Shown piece after piece: positions 35,983-44,891 of a stretch of DNA of 64,000 bases (the first letter of the stretch is position 1; each line of letters opens with the position of its first letter). Below the pieces are notes generated by a model. That model was given only the letters and a program-made list of their open reading frames with translations. It made no database searches and was not told the DNA's origin. Source of the stretch: Solirubrobacterales bacterium (GTDB lineage Bacteria; Actinomycetota; Thermoleophilia; Solirubrobacterales; 70-9); NCBI GenBank assembly GCA_035708105.1, contig DASSTG010000007.1:31838-95837 (forward strand), given 5' to 3'. Position numbers and translations under genes: made by a program.

Positions 35983-36456
35983 CTACCGCTCCAGGTAGCT
36001 CAGCTTGTACTTGCCGACCTGGATCTCGTCGCCGTCGGCGAGCCGGTGCGACTCGATCCGCCGCCGGTTCACGTAGGTGCCGTTGAGAGATCCGAGGTCG
36101 TCGATGTAGAGCCCGTCGCGGCGCCGCACCAGCAGCGCGTGGTTGCGGGAGACGGTGACGTCGTCGAGGAAGACGCCGGCGTCGGGGCTGCGGCCGATGC
36201 TGACCCGCTCGCCGTCGATGCTGAAGCTCTCCCCCGCCCGGCCGCCGCCGCTGCGGATCACCAGCGCCGCGCCGGCCTCCTCGACCACCTCGTCGATGTC
36301 GACCGGCTTCATCTCGCCGGTCTCGTCGACCCGGTAGGTCATCGTCGTCGGTTCCTCGCCCGCCTCTTTCGGCCCGCCGAGGTAGGCGCCGCACTTCTGG
36401 CAATAGTTGGCGCCCTCGGGGTTGGCGAAACCGCACTCGGGACAGTGGACGGCCAT
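35983..36456 (-). CDS. FHA-domain protein (GarA/OdhI-like) with N-terminal zinc ribbon
   Basis: CPECGFANPEGANYCQKCG ribbon. Thr-rich PTTMTYRVDETGE segment. FHA core SIGRSPDAGVFLDDVTVSRNHALL...DLGSLNGTYVN. Confidence 0.9.
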   Translation of the reverse strand: MAVHCPECGFANPEGANYCQKCGAYLGGPKEAGEEPTTMTYRVDETGEMKPVDIDEVVEEAGAALVIRSGGGRAGESFSIDGERVSIGRSPDAGVFLDDVTVSRNHALLVRRRDGLYIDDLGSLNGTYVNRRRIESHRLADGDEIQVGKYKLSYLER

Positions 36457-36468
36457 GGTGCTTCCCGC

Positions 36469-36738
36469 TCAGGCGGCGGGCTCGTCCTCCGGCAGCGACT
36501 GGGTCTTGCCGGCCAGGATCTGGGTCAGCTGCTCGACGTCGTCGCCGGAGATCAGCGAGTCGCCCGCCTCGCGTTTGTGGCGCAGGCGGTTGACCAGCTC
36601 GGCGCGCAGGATGTCGATCTTCCCGTGCAGGACGCGCCGCTTGTAGGAGATTTCGTTCTCCTCCGCCGTCAGGTTGTCGATCATGTCCTTCAGCTCCTTG
36701 TCGCTGAGGGAACCAAGATCGGGAAAGGTGTCCTCCAT
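36469..36738 (-). CDS. Small coiled-coil protein, RsiG-like (candidate c-di-GMP-binding helix)
   Basis: 89 aa. AGGAG lies 5 nt before the ATG. Contains E27-x3-S31-x2-R34-x3-H38-x3-D42 (plus coordinates 36613-36660), one residue off the RsiG E(x)3S(x)2R(x)3Q(x)3D motif. Confidence 0.55.
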   Translation of the reverse strand: MEDTFPDLGSLSDKELKDMIDNLTAEENEISYKRRVLHGKIDILRAELVNRLRHKREAGDSLISGDDVEQLTQILAGKTQSLPEDEPAA

Positions 36739-36801
36739 CGTGCTCCTAACTCGAAGAGGCCGGGCCTCCGTTTCGGGGGAGCCGATGATAGCTCCCCGCC
36801 T

Positions 36802-36844
36802 GCAAAAGGTTCAACCGCAGGTTAAGGGTTTAGTTGCGGTTGAA
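36802..36844 (-). terminator. Intrinsic terminator downstream of pgsA
   Basis: On the minus strand, 2 nt after the pgsA stop: UUCAACCGCA (36835-36844) - 15-nt loop - UGCGGUUGAA (36810-36819), followed by CCUUUUG. Confidence 0.5.
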
Positions 36845-36846
36845 GC

Positions 36847-37482
36847 TCAGCTTGCAGGGCTGCCGTGCACCGCGCGCAGGCCCGCGCGCGCGTAGAGGGC
36901 GGTGGCGAGGATCGCCATCGCCAGGCCCCAGATCAGCAGCGCGGTCGCCACCCAGCCGGGCGCCAGCAGCGCCAGGAAGATCCCGCCCATGATCGGGAAG
37001 ACCGAGATCCGGCCCGGCCAGTTGACTTCGACGTCGACGCCGTGGCGGAGGCCGTAGGAGGCGATCGCCAGCATCGTCAGCTCGCGCAGCGCCAGCAGCG
37101 CCAGGGCCCAGCGCGGCAGCAGCTCGAAGCTCCAGCAGACGATGGCGCCGGAGAGGATCGTCAGGCGGTCGACCAGCGGGTCGAGCAGTGCGCCCATGCG
37201 GCTGTACTGGCCGGTGAGGCGGGCGAGGATGCCGTCGAGGTAATCGCCGGCGGCGATCGCCCAGAAGACCATCGCCGAGGCGAGGGAGGTGCCGTCGTCG
37301 GTGTTGTAGGCGAGGACGAGGAAGACCGGGAGCGCGGCGAGACGCAGGTAGCCGACCAGGTTGGGGATCGTCCATGGATGCAGCGGCTCCCCCTTGCGGG
37401 TCTGGCGCGGTTTCGGGCCGCTGCGGTCGAGTCCGAAGAGGCGGCGCATGCGGCCGCGGCCGAAGGGGTCGCGGCTAGCCAT
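36847..37482 (-). CDS. pgsA: CDP-alcohol phosphatidyltransferase (PgsA-like)
   Basis: DYLDGILAR...GALLDPLVDR (D-x2-D-G-x2-A-R...G-x3-D-x3-D). Multiple TM segments. The ATG overlaps the proS end by 8 nt. Confidence 0.85.
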   Translation of the reverse strand: MASRDPFGRGRMRRLFGLDRSGPKPRQTRKGEPLHPWTIPNLVGYLRLAALPVFLVLAYNTDDGTSLASAMVFWAIAAGDYLDGILARLTGQYSRMGALLDPLVDRLTILSGAIVCWSFELLPRWALALLALRELTMLAIASYGLRHGVDVEVNWPGRISVFPIMGGIFLALLAPGWVATALLIWGLAMAILATALYARAGLRAVHGSPAS

Positions 37483-39172
37483 CGGAGCGCTCGAGGGGGC
37501 CGAGCAGCTCCAGCGCCACTGCGGCGGCGTCCTCCAGGGGCAGCCTGTGCTCGGCGCCCGAGCCGCGCTCCGTCGCCTCCACCACCCCGTCGGCGAGGCC
37601 GCGGCGGCCGGCGACGATCCGCAGCGGGCAGCCCAGCAGCTCGGCGTCGGTCAGCTTCTCCCCGGGCCCGGCGTCGCGGTCGTCGTAGAGGACCTCGACG
37701 CCCGCTGCCCGCAGCTCGTCGTAGAGCCGGTCGGCGGCCTCGCGCTCGGGCTCGCCCGCCTTCGCCAGGGAGACCAGGTGGATCTGCCAGGGCGCGATCG
37801 CCCGCGGCCAGACGATCCCCCTCTCGTCCGCGCGCTGCTCGATAGCCGCGGCGACGATCCGCGCCGGTCCGATCCCGTAGCAGCCCATGACGACCGGGTG
37901 TTCGACGCCGTCCTCGTCGAGGTAGGTGGCGCCGAGCGGCTCCGAGTAGCGGCTGCCGAGCTTGAAGATGTTGCCGACCTCGATCGCGGGCTCGATCTCG
38001 ATCGCGCCGCCGCCCGGGGCGGTATCGCCGGCCTCGACCGTGCGCACGTCCATCGCGTAGGACTCGAAATCGCGGGCAGGATCGACCCCCCGCAGGTGGG
38101 TGTTCGGCTTGTTGGCTCCGGTGGCGTAGGAGTCGCCGGTCAGCGCCGCGTCCTTGATGATCGGCAGGCCGCCGCCGACCGGCCCGAGGTAGCCGACCGG
38201 CCCGAGCTGCTCCTCGATCTCCTCCGGTCGCGCCTGGCGGAAGTCGGTTTTCATCCCGTTCCGCAGCTTCACCTCGTTCAGCCGGTGGTCGCCGCGAAGC
38301 AGGACCAGGACCATCCCCCGCCCCTCGACGACGATCGGCAGCGTCTTGATGAAGGCGCCGGGTGGCAGGCCCAGGTGCGCCGCCACCTCATCGACCTTGG
38401 TCAGGCCCGGCGTGTCGACTTCCTCCGGCGCCTCCAGCCGCGGCGGCAGCTCGACGGGCTGCGGCTCGGCCACGGCGATGTCGACGTTGGCCGCGTAGCC
38501 GGGCGCCAGCGCAACTTCGTCCTCGCCCGCCGGGCAGGGCGCCATGAACTCGTCGGCGTCGGTGCCCCCCATCATCCCGACGTCGGACTCGACCCGGTAC
38601 CAGCGCAGCCCGCAGCGATCGAGGATCTTCCCGTAGGCGCCGGCCTGCAGCTCGTAGGAACGCGCCAGCCCCTCCTGATCGCGGTCGAACGAGTAGGCGT
38701 CCTTCATCGTGAACTCGCGCGTGCGCAGCACCCCAGCCCGCGGCCGCGGCTCGTCGCGCTCCTTCGTCTGTATGTGGAAGAGCATCAGCGGCAGGTCGCG
38801 GTAGGACCGCACATCCCGCGCAACGTGGGTGGTGACAGCCTCCTCGTGCGTCATCGCCAGCACCAGCGGCGAGCCCTTGCGGTCCTCGAGCTTGAACAGC
38901 TCCTCGATCGCATAGCGCCCGGTCTTCTTCCAGGGCTCGGCCGGCATCAGCAGCGGCATCAACATCTCCTGGCAGCCGATCGCCTCCATCTCCTCGCGGA
39001 TGATCCCCTCGACCTTCCGCTCCGTGCGCCAGCCGGCGGGCAGATACGTCCACAGCCCGGCCCCCAGCTGCCGGATCAGGCCCGCCCGCACCATCAGCTT
39101 GTGGGAGACCGCCTCCGCATCCGCGGGCGCGTCCTTCAGGGTCGGCAGGAAGGTCCGGGAGAGGCGGCTCAC
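37475..39172 (-). CDS. proS: Proline--tRNA ligase (bacterial type with editing insertion)
   Basis: 565 aa. N-terminus LPTLKDAPADAEAVSHKLMVRAGLIRQ. Class II motifs, and C-terminal anticodon domain ending ...ERSDG. Confidence 0.97.
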   Translation of the reverse strand: MSRLSRTFLPTLKDAPADAEAVSHKLMVRAGLIRQLGAGLWTYLPAGWRTERKVEGIIREEMEAIGCQEMLMPLLMPAEPWKKTGRYAIEELFKLEDRKGSPLVLAMTHEEAVTTHVARDVRSYRDLPLMLFHIQTKERDEPRPRAGVLRTREFTMKDAYSFDRDQEGLARSYELQAGAYGKILDRCGLRWYRVESDVGMMGGTDADEFMAPCPAGEDEVALAPGYAANVDIAVAEPQPVELPPRLEAPEEVDTPGLTKVDEVAAHLGLPPGAFIKTLPIVVEGRGMVLVLLRGDHRLNEVKLRNGMKTDFRQARPEEIEEQLGPVGYLGPVGGGLPIIKDAALTGDSYATGANKPNTHLRGVDPARDFESYAMDVRTVEAGDTAPGGGAIEIEPAIEVGNIFKLGSRYSEPLGATYLDEDGVEHPVVMGCYGIGPARIVAAAIEQRADERGIVWPRAIAPWQIHLVSLAKAGEPEREAADRLYDELRAAGVEVLYDDRDAGPGEKLTDAELLGCPLRIVAGRRGLADGVVEATERGSGAEHRLPLEDAAAVALELLGPLERSDG

Positions 39173-39190
39173 GCCGCGAAACCTATCCGC

Positions 39191-40447
39191 TCAGGCCCGG
39201 GTGAACCGACGGCCCGCCGTCGGCGAGGCCTCCTCGTCGAGGAGTACCCGGTCGGACTCGCCCCGCTCGACCGCTTCGGCCTCCATCGCGGCAATCTTCT
39301 CGGGGGTGAGATCGCCGGCGTTTTCGCGCTCGATGTCGGCGACCCACTCGGCCCCCTCGCGGGACTCGGCCTCGTCGAACTCGACCACGCCGCCGCGGTC
39401 GAGGGACTTGTCGATCTCCTCGAAGAGGGTGTCGACCAGCTTCGCCTGCGGGACCTTCCGCAGCGGCTTGCCGCCGGCGAAGATCAGGCCCTCGTTCTTG
39501 GCGCCGGCGATGCCGAAGTCGGCGTGGCTGGCCTCGCCGATCCCGTTCACCGCGCAGCCGAGCACGGCGACCTCGACCGGCTCCTCGTAGCCTTCCAGCC
39601 GCTGCTCGATTTCCGCCACCACGGAGTCCATGTCGAACTGGAGGCGGCCGCAGGTCGGGCAGGCGATCAGCACCGGGCCGCGCTCACGCAGCTGCAGCGC
39701 CTTCAGGATCTCCCAGGCAACCTTGACCTCCTCCTCGGCGTGGAAGGTCGAGAGGCTGATCCGGATCGTGTCGCCGATCCCGTCGGCGAGCAGCGTCCCC
39801 AGGCCGACCGCCGATTTCAGCGAGCCGCCCCACTTGGTCCCCGCCTCGGTGACGCCGAGGTGCAGCGGGTAGGGGATCTTCTCTGAGAGCAGCCGGTTGG
39901 CGGCGATCGTGTTCGGCACGTTGGTCGACTTGATCGAGACCTTGAAGTCCTCGAAGTCGAGGCCCTCCATCAGTTCGACGAACTCGACGGCGGCGGCGAC
40001 CAGGGCCTCGACCGGGTTCTCGCGCTCGAGCTCGTGCAGGTGCTTGGGCAGCGAACCGGAGTTGACGCCGATCCGCATCGGCACCCCGGCGGCGGTCGCC
40101 TTCCGGGCCACCTCGGCGACCTTGTCGCGGCCGCCGATGTTGCCCGGGTTGAGGCGGATGCAGTGGGCACCCGCGTCGATCGCCTTCAGCGCCAGGGTGT
40201 GGTTGAAATGGATGTCGGCGATCACCGGGATCGGCGACTCCCGCACGATCGTCTTCAGCGCCTCCGCGTCCTGCTCGCGCGGGACCGCGCAGCGGACCAG
40301 GTCCGCTCCCGCGTCGGCGACCTTGCGGATCTGCTCCATCGTCGCCGCCAGGTTGGCGGTCTCGGTCTTGGTCATCGTCTGCACGGCAACCGGCGCGCCG
40401 CCGCCGATCGGCACGTCGCCGACCCAGATCTGCCGCTTGGAAGCCAT
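39191..40447 (-). CDS. ispG: 4-hydroxy-3-methylbut-2-en-1-yl diphosphate synthase
   Basis: ATG at 40447 (MASKRQIWVGDVPIGGGAPVAVQTMT). Cluster cysteines ACPTCGR and GCAVNGIGE. About 60 extra acidic residues at the C-terminus relative to typical IspG. Confidence 0.95.
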   Translation of the reverse strand: MASKRQIWVGDVPIGGGAPVAVQTMTKTETANLAATMEQIRKVADAGADLVRCAVPREQDAEALKTIVRESPIPVIADIHFNHTLALKAIDAGAHCIRLNPGNIGGRDKVAEVARKATAAGVPMRIGVNSGSLPKHLHELERENPVEALVAAAVEFVELMEGLDFEDFKVSIKSTNVPNTIAANRLLSEKIPYPLHLGVTEAGTKWGGSLKSAVGLGTLLADGIGDTIRISLSTFHAEEEVKVAWEILKALQLRERGPVLIACPTCGRLQFDMDSVVAEIEQRLEGYEEPVEVAVLGCAVNGIGEASHADFGIAGAKNEGLIFAGGKPLRKVPQAKLVDTLFEEIDKSLDRGGVVEFDEAESREGAEWVADIERENAGDLTPEKIAAMEAEAVERGESDRVLLDEEASPTAGRRFTRA

Positions 40448-40519
40448 GGAAAGAGCGTATCGAGCGGAGATCGCCTCCTGGTTGAACCTCACGGCGAACC
40501 CGTCCGTATCGGGAGATGA

Positions 40520-41311
40520 ATGGGACCGCCCAGGCGTGGAGAGGGGAGGCGATGGCATGGCCGGTGGCTGCTCCTGCTTGCGCTCGCGGGTCTCGGCGCA
40601 CTTCAATGGTCCACCATCGGCCTGGCGGCCGAAACCACCGTCGAACCGACCGAAACGGCGAGCGGTTACGCCTGGAAGCCCGCCGCCGTGACCTCCGCGC
40701 CGGGAGGAAGCGTCGCCTTCCGCAACCCGGGCTACGTCGTCCCCCACGGGGTCCACTGGACGGGGGGACCGGAAAAGCCCGCTTGCAGCGGCGTCCCGGT
40801 CGACAGCTCGGGCACCAGCTGGAGCGGGGCCTGCACGTTCGCGCAAGCCGGCACCTACAGCTTCGTCTGCACCGTCCATCCGGAAGAAATGAAGGGGACG
40901 ATCACCGTCGTCTCCGACGAAGCGGCGCCGGCGCCTTCGCCGGGGCCCGGGGCACCCGCGGCGCCTGAAGGACAGATCGTCGAGGCGCTGCAGCTGGCGA
41001 GGAGCCAGCGGGGCAGGGCTGTCCGCGGCTCGGTCGCGACCTCCTCGGCGGCCGTGGGCGGAGGCCTGACGATCGAGCTCGAGGCGAAGGCCGCCGCCCT
41101 AGGGGGCCGGGCCAAGGGAATGGTGCGGGTCGGCGGGCTCGCCCGGGCCCTGGCAGAGGCAGGGCGCCAACCCTTCGCAGTGATGCTGAAGGCCCCAGCC
41201 CGGAAGGCGCTGCAACGGCGCGGGCGTCTGTCCGTCAACGTGACGATCGTCGTTTCGCCGCCGAACGCCCCGGTCGTGAAGATGACGAGAAGGGTGGAGC
41301 TCCATGAGTAG
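40520..41311 (+). CDS. Secreted cupredoxin (plastocyanin/amicyanin-like blue-copper) protein with Arg-rich Ig-like C-terminal domain
   Basis: Signal peptide RRWHGRWLLLLALAGLGALQWSTIGLAAE. Cu ligands VPHGVHW ... FVCTVHPEEMKGTITV (C-x2-H-x3-M). Conserved Cys pair PACSG...SGACTF. Confidence 0.8.
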   Translation: MGPPRRGEGRRWHGRWLLLLALAGLGALQWSTIGLAAETTVEPTETASGYAWKPAAVTSAPGGSVAFRNPGYVVPHGVHWTGGPEKPACSGVPVDSSGTSWSGACTFAQAGTYSFVCTVHPEEMKGTITVVSDEAAPAPSPGPGAPAAPEGQIVEALQLARSQRGRAVRGSVATSSAAVGGGLTIELEAKAAALGGRAKGMVRVGGLARALAEAGRQPFAVMLKAPARKALQRRGRLSVNVTIVVSPPNAPVVKMTRRVELHE

Positions 41312-42629
41312 GCCTCGCTTACAGGCAGCCGCCAAACGGTGGCTGGCGGTCCGGGTGCCGGCGGCCGTCCTCATGATCTCGGCGCTGCTCGGAGCATTCG
41401 CGGTCAGCGGCCTCGCCGCCGAACCGACGATCGAAGCCACCGGCAGCTCCCTCGCCACCTACGCCTGGACTCCTTCGACCGCGGAAGTGGAAAGCGGCGG
41501 ATCGGTCGCCTTCAAGAACCCGACGGCGGGTCTTCACGGCCTGGTCTGGGAAGGCAGCCCGGAAACCCCCAGCTGCACCGGGACCCCCAGCGTGGGACAG
41601 GCGAACTGGAGCGGCTCCTGCACCTTCGGGCAGGGGGGGACCTACTTGTTCCACTGTCCGGTCCATCCGAGCGTGATGAGGGGAAGCGTCACCGTCACCG
41701 GCCCCAGCGCCCCCGTCGTCACCACCGGATCGGCGAGCGGCGTGAGCGAATCCGAAGCGACGCTGAACGGAACCGTCAACCCCTCCGAACAGGAAACCAC
41801 CTATTTCTTCGAATACGGGCCGACGGCGGCCTACGGGCAGAAAACCATCGAGGAACCGGCCGGCAGCGGCGCCTTGCCCGTTTCGAAATCGGCGACGGTG
41901 AGCGGCTTGTCGGCCGCCGCGACCTACCACTTCCGGCTGGTCGCAAAGAATCCCACGGGGACGAGCTTCGGGCTGGATCGCACCTTCGCCACCCCCGGGC
42001 CGCCCAGTGCGACGACCAAGGCGGCGGCGGCCGTAGGCGACGTCGAAGCGACGCTCACCGGATCGGTCACCCCGCACGGCTTGCAGACCACCTACTTCTT
42101 CGAATACGGGACGACGACCGCCTACGGACAGGAAACGGCTGAAGCCTCGGCCGGCAGCGGAACCGTCGCCGTCCCCGTATCTGCCCTGCTGACGGGCCTC
42201 TCGCCGGATACCACCTACCACTTCCAGCTCGTCGCCGAAAACGAATCGGGCACCGCGCCCGGCGGTGACCAAACCTTCACCACCGCCGCCGTACCACCCG
42301 TTGAGCCGCCGGCCCTGGCGCCCACGGCTTCAGGCTCGACGGCTCCCCCGGCCACCGCTCCCGCCACGCCTCCCGATACCAAGATCACCCTGAGGCCGCC
42401 CGCCAAGACCAGGGACCGCACGCCGACCGTCAAGTTCGCGGCGACGGTTCCCGGCGCGGGCTTCCGCTGCAGCATCGACCGCGGGCCCTTCAAGCGATGC
42501 CGGTCGCCCTACACCACGCCCGCCCTGAAGCCGGGCCGCCACAGGATTCGGGTCGCAGCCGTGGCAGGCGGTTTGACCGACCCGACGCCGGCCGCTTGCA
42601 GCTTCAAGGTGCTCGCCAAGAAGAAGTAG
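41304..42629 (+). CDS. Secreted cupredoxin protein with two tandem Fn3-like repeats, Pro-rich linker and Ig-like C-terminal domain
   Basis: Paralogue of the preceding gene (GSVAFKNP..LHGLVW ... FHCPVHPSVMRGSVTV). Overlaps it by 8 nt. The C-terminal domain reads FRCSIDRGPFKRCRSPYT...GRHRIRV. Confidence 0.8.
   Translation: MSRPRLQAAAKRWLAVRVPAAVLMISALLGAFAVSGLAAEPTIEATGSSLATYAWTPSTAEVESGGSVAFKNPTAGLHGLVWEGSPETPSCTGTPSVGQANWSGSCTFGQGGTYLFHCPVHPSVMRGSVTVTGPSAPVVTTGSASGVSESEATLNGTVNPSEQETTYFFEYGPTAAYGQKTIEEPAGSGALPVSKSATVSGLSAAATYHFRLVAKNPTGTSFGLDRTFATPGPPSATTKAAAAVGDVEATLTGSVTPHGLQTTYFFEYGTTTAYGQETAEASAGSGTVAVPVSALLTGLSPDTTYHFQLVAENESGTAPGGDQTFTTAAVPPVEPPALAPTASGSTAPPATAPATPPDTKITLRPPAKTRDRTPTVKFAATVPGAGFRCSIDRGPFKRCRSPYTTPALKPGRHRIRVAAVAGGLTDPTPAACSFKVLAKKK
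41712..42287 (+). repeat. Two tandem ~95-codon repeats encoding Fn3-like modules
   Basis: Repeat 1 ...SEATLNGTVNPSEQETTYFFEYGPTAAYGQKT...YHFRLVAKN...TFAT. Repeat 2 ...VEATLTGSVTPHGLQTTYFFEYGTTTAYGQET...YHFQLVAEN...TFTT. The DNA is also similar, e.g. 41801-41848 versus 42091-42138. Confidence 0.7.
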
Positions 42630-42631
42630 CG

Positions 42632-43726
42632 TCAGCGGACTTCGAAGCCTTCGCCGGTGATGCGGCCGATGTCGTTGGAGAGGCCGATGAACATCAGCAT
42701 CAGCACGAGCGCGAAGCCGACCACCGTCGCCCGCTCGATCACCCGCAGCGAGACCGGTTCGCCGCGCAGTTTCTCGACCACGGCCCAGAGGATGTGGCCG
42801 CCGTCGAGCGGCAGGATCGGCAGCAGGTTGATCAGGCCGAGCGAGAGGCTGACGAGGGCGAGGAGGAGCAGGGCCTGGCGCCAACCCTGCTCCACCGCTG
42901 CGTGACCGACGTCGCTGGTCCCGACGATCCCCGAGATCTGCTTGCGCTGTTCGGATTCGAAGATCCGGGCGAAGATCGTGGCGGTCTTGCTGGTCACGAG
43001 CCAGACCGAGTCGAGGGACTTGCTGACGGCGTGGCCAAAGCTGATCGGCACGAAATGGCCGCCGTATGAGAAGCCGATCAGTGCCCGGCCTTCTTCCTTG
43101 TCGTAACGCGGGTACACCGAGATCGTCTTCAGAGCGCCGTCCCGACTGATCGTCAGCTTCACCGGAGTGGCGGCCCGGCAGTCGTTCACCTGGCGCCCGG
43201 CGCACCTGTGCGCCTTGACCACGTTCCCGAAAGCCTTCAGGCGCTGTTCGAGCGCCAGATCCGGGAACCGCTTGCCGTCGACGGCGACGATCCGGTCGCC
43301 TTCCTTCAGCACCCTCGAGGCCGGGCTCCCGGATTTGATCGCGCCCACCGACTGATTGGTCTTTTCGAGCCCGCCGATGCCGAAGACGCCGACAAGGATC
43401 ACGAACGCCAGCACGAGGTTCACCGCCGGGCCGGCCGCGACGACGACGATCCGCTTCCAGATCGGCTTGCGGAAATAGGCGTTCTCTTCGTGCTCCGGAG
43501 GGACGTCCTCCTCCGGGTTCATGCCGGTGATCTTCACGTAGCCGCCGAGCGGGATCGCTTTCACCCCGTACTCGGTCTCGCCTCGCTTGAACGACCAGAT
43601 CGTCGGCCCGAAGAAGAGGAAGAAGCGCTCGACCCGCATGCCGACCGCCTTGGCGGCGGCGAAGTGGCCGGCCTCGTGGACGACGATCAGGAAGCAGAAG
43701 CCGAGGAAGACCGCGAACCAGCTCAT
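42632..43726 (-). CDS. rseP: RIP (site-2) zinc metalloprotease, M50 family, with PDZ domain
   Basis: VVHEAGHFAAAK (HExxH). PDZ region GSPASRVLKEGDRIVAVDG. LDG motif NLLPILPLDGGH. The ATG overlaps the dxr stop (ATGA). Confidence 0.9.
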   Translation of the reverse strand: MSWFAVFLGFCFLIVVHEAGHFAAAKAVGMRVERFFLFFGPTIWSFKRGETEYGVKAIPLGGYVKITGMNPEEDVPPEHEENAYFRKPIWKRIVVVAAGPAVNLVLAFVILVGVFGIGGLEKTNQSVGAIKSGSPASRVLKEGDRIVAVDGKRFPDLALEQRLKAFGNVVKAHRCAGRQVNDCRAATPVKLTISRDGALKTISVYPRYDKEEGRALIGFSYGGHFVPISFGHAVSKSLDSVWLVTSKTATIFARIFESEQRKQISGIVGTSDVGHAAVEQGWRQALLLLALVSLSLGLINLLPILPLDGGHILWAVVEKLRGEPVSLRVIERATVVGFALVLMLMFIGLSNDIGRITGEGFEVR

Positions 43727-44868
43727 GCCGGCGCCAGCTCCCTGACCTGCTCCTGGCTGCGTTCGCGGGCCTCCGCGTCGGCGCCGAAGAGGTCGTCGAA
43801 GTGGCTGACGGGACAGGCGGGCATCTCCTCCATAACCCGCTCGATCACCGCGGGGATCGCCGTGAACGGGATCCGCTCCTCGAGGAAGGCGGCGACGGCG
43901 ATCTCGTCGGCGGCATTCAGCACGGTCGGAGCGGTGCCGCCGGCGCGGCCGGCCTCCAGGGCCAGGCGCAGGCAGGCGAAGGTCTCGAGATCCGGCTCCT
44001 CGAAGGTCAGCGAGCCGGCGGCGGCGAGGTCGAGCTGCGGCACCTCGACGTCGTGGCGCTCCGGGTAGTGCAGGGCATAGGAGATCGGCACCCGCATGTC
44101 GGGGTAGCCGAGGTGCGCGAGCGAGGAGCCGTCGTTGAGGTGGATCAGCGCGTGGACCAGCGACTGCGGGTGGACGACGACCTCGATCCGCTCGTAGGAG
44201 ACCCCGAAGAGGTGGTGGGCCTCGATCACCTCGAAGCCCTTGTTCATCAGCGTCGCCGAATCGATCGTGATCCTCCCCCCCATCCGCCAGGTGGGATGGG
44301 CGAGGGCGTCGGCGACGCTGACCTCGGCGAGGTCTTCCCGGCCGCGGAACGGCCCGCCGGAAGCCGTCAGCACCAGCCGCTCGACCGTCCCCGGTGCCTC
44401 GGCGCCGATCAGCTGGTACAGCGCCGAGTGCTCGGAATCGACCGGCAGCAGCCGCGCCCCGGTTGCCTCGGCCAGCGCCATCACCAGCTCGCCGCCAAGC
44501 ACCAGGCTCTCCTTGTTGGCAAGGGCGACGTCGATCCCCTCGCTGAGGGCGACGATCGTCGATCCCAGGCCGGCGGCCCCGACGATCGAGTTGAGCACGA
44601 GGTCCGGATCCGAGGCGGCGATCAGCTCGCGCACGCCCTCCTCTCCCGAGAGGAGGCGCCCGCTCCAGCTCCCCCGCGCCTTCTCAGCCGATTGCTCGTC
44701 GGAGAGCGCAATCGCGGGCACCCCGTGCTCGCGCGCCTGCGCGACCGCCGTCTCCCAGCTGCCGCCGGCCGCCAGCCCGACCACCTGCAGCTGATCCGAG
44801 CGCCCGATCACCTCCAGCGCCTGGGTGCCGATCGACCCGGTCGACCCGAGTATCAGGACCTTCTTCAT
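43723..44868 (-). CDS. dxr: 1-deoxy-D-xylulose 5-phosphate reductoisomerase
   Basis: ILGSTGSIGTQAL, LANKESLV, PVDSEHSA and HPTWRMG. Confidence 0.97.
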   Translation of the reverse strand: MKKVLILGSTGSIGTQALEVIGRSDQLQVVGLAAGGSWETAVAQAREHGVPAIALSDEQSAEKARGSWSGRLLSGEEGVRELIAASDPDLVLNSIVGAAGLGSTIVALSEGIDVALANKESLVLGGELVMALAEATGARLLPVDSEHSALYQLIGAEAPGTVERLVLTASGGPFRGREDLAEVSVADALAHPTWRMGGRITIDSATLMNKGFEVIEAHHLFGVSYERIEVVVHPQSLVHALIHLNDGSSLAHLGYPDMRVPISYALHYPERHDVEVPQLDLAAAGSLTFEEPDLETFACLRLALEAGRAGGTAPTVLNAADEIAVAAFLEERIPFTAIPAVIERVMEEMPACPVSHFDDLFGADAEARERSQEQVRELAPA

Positions 44869-44891
44869 GCCTGCTCAAAGGATACGGAGCC

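Noticed and set aside
40516-40968. Alternative 150-aa frame starting 4 nt before the first cupredoxin gene.
   Set aside because: It translates to Arg/Gly/Ala-rich sequence with no signal peptide or domain. The 40520 frame gives a signal peptide and a complete cupredoxin ligand set.
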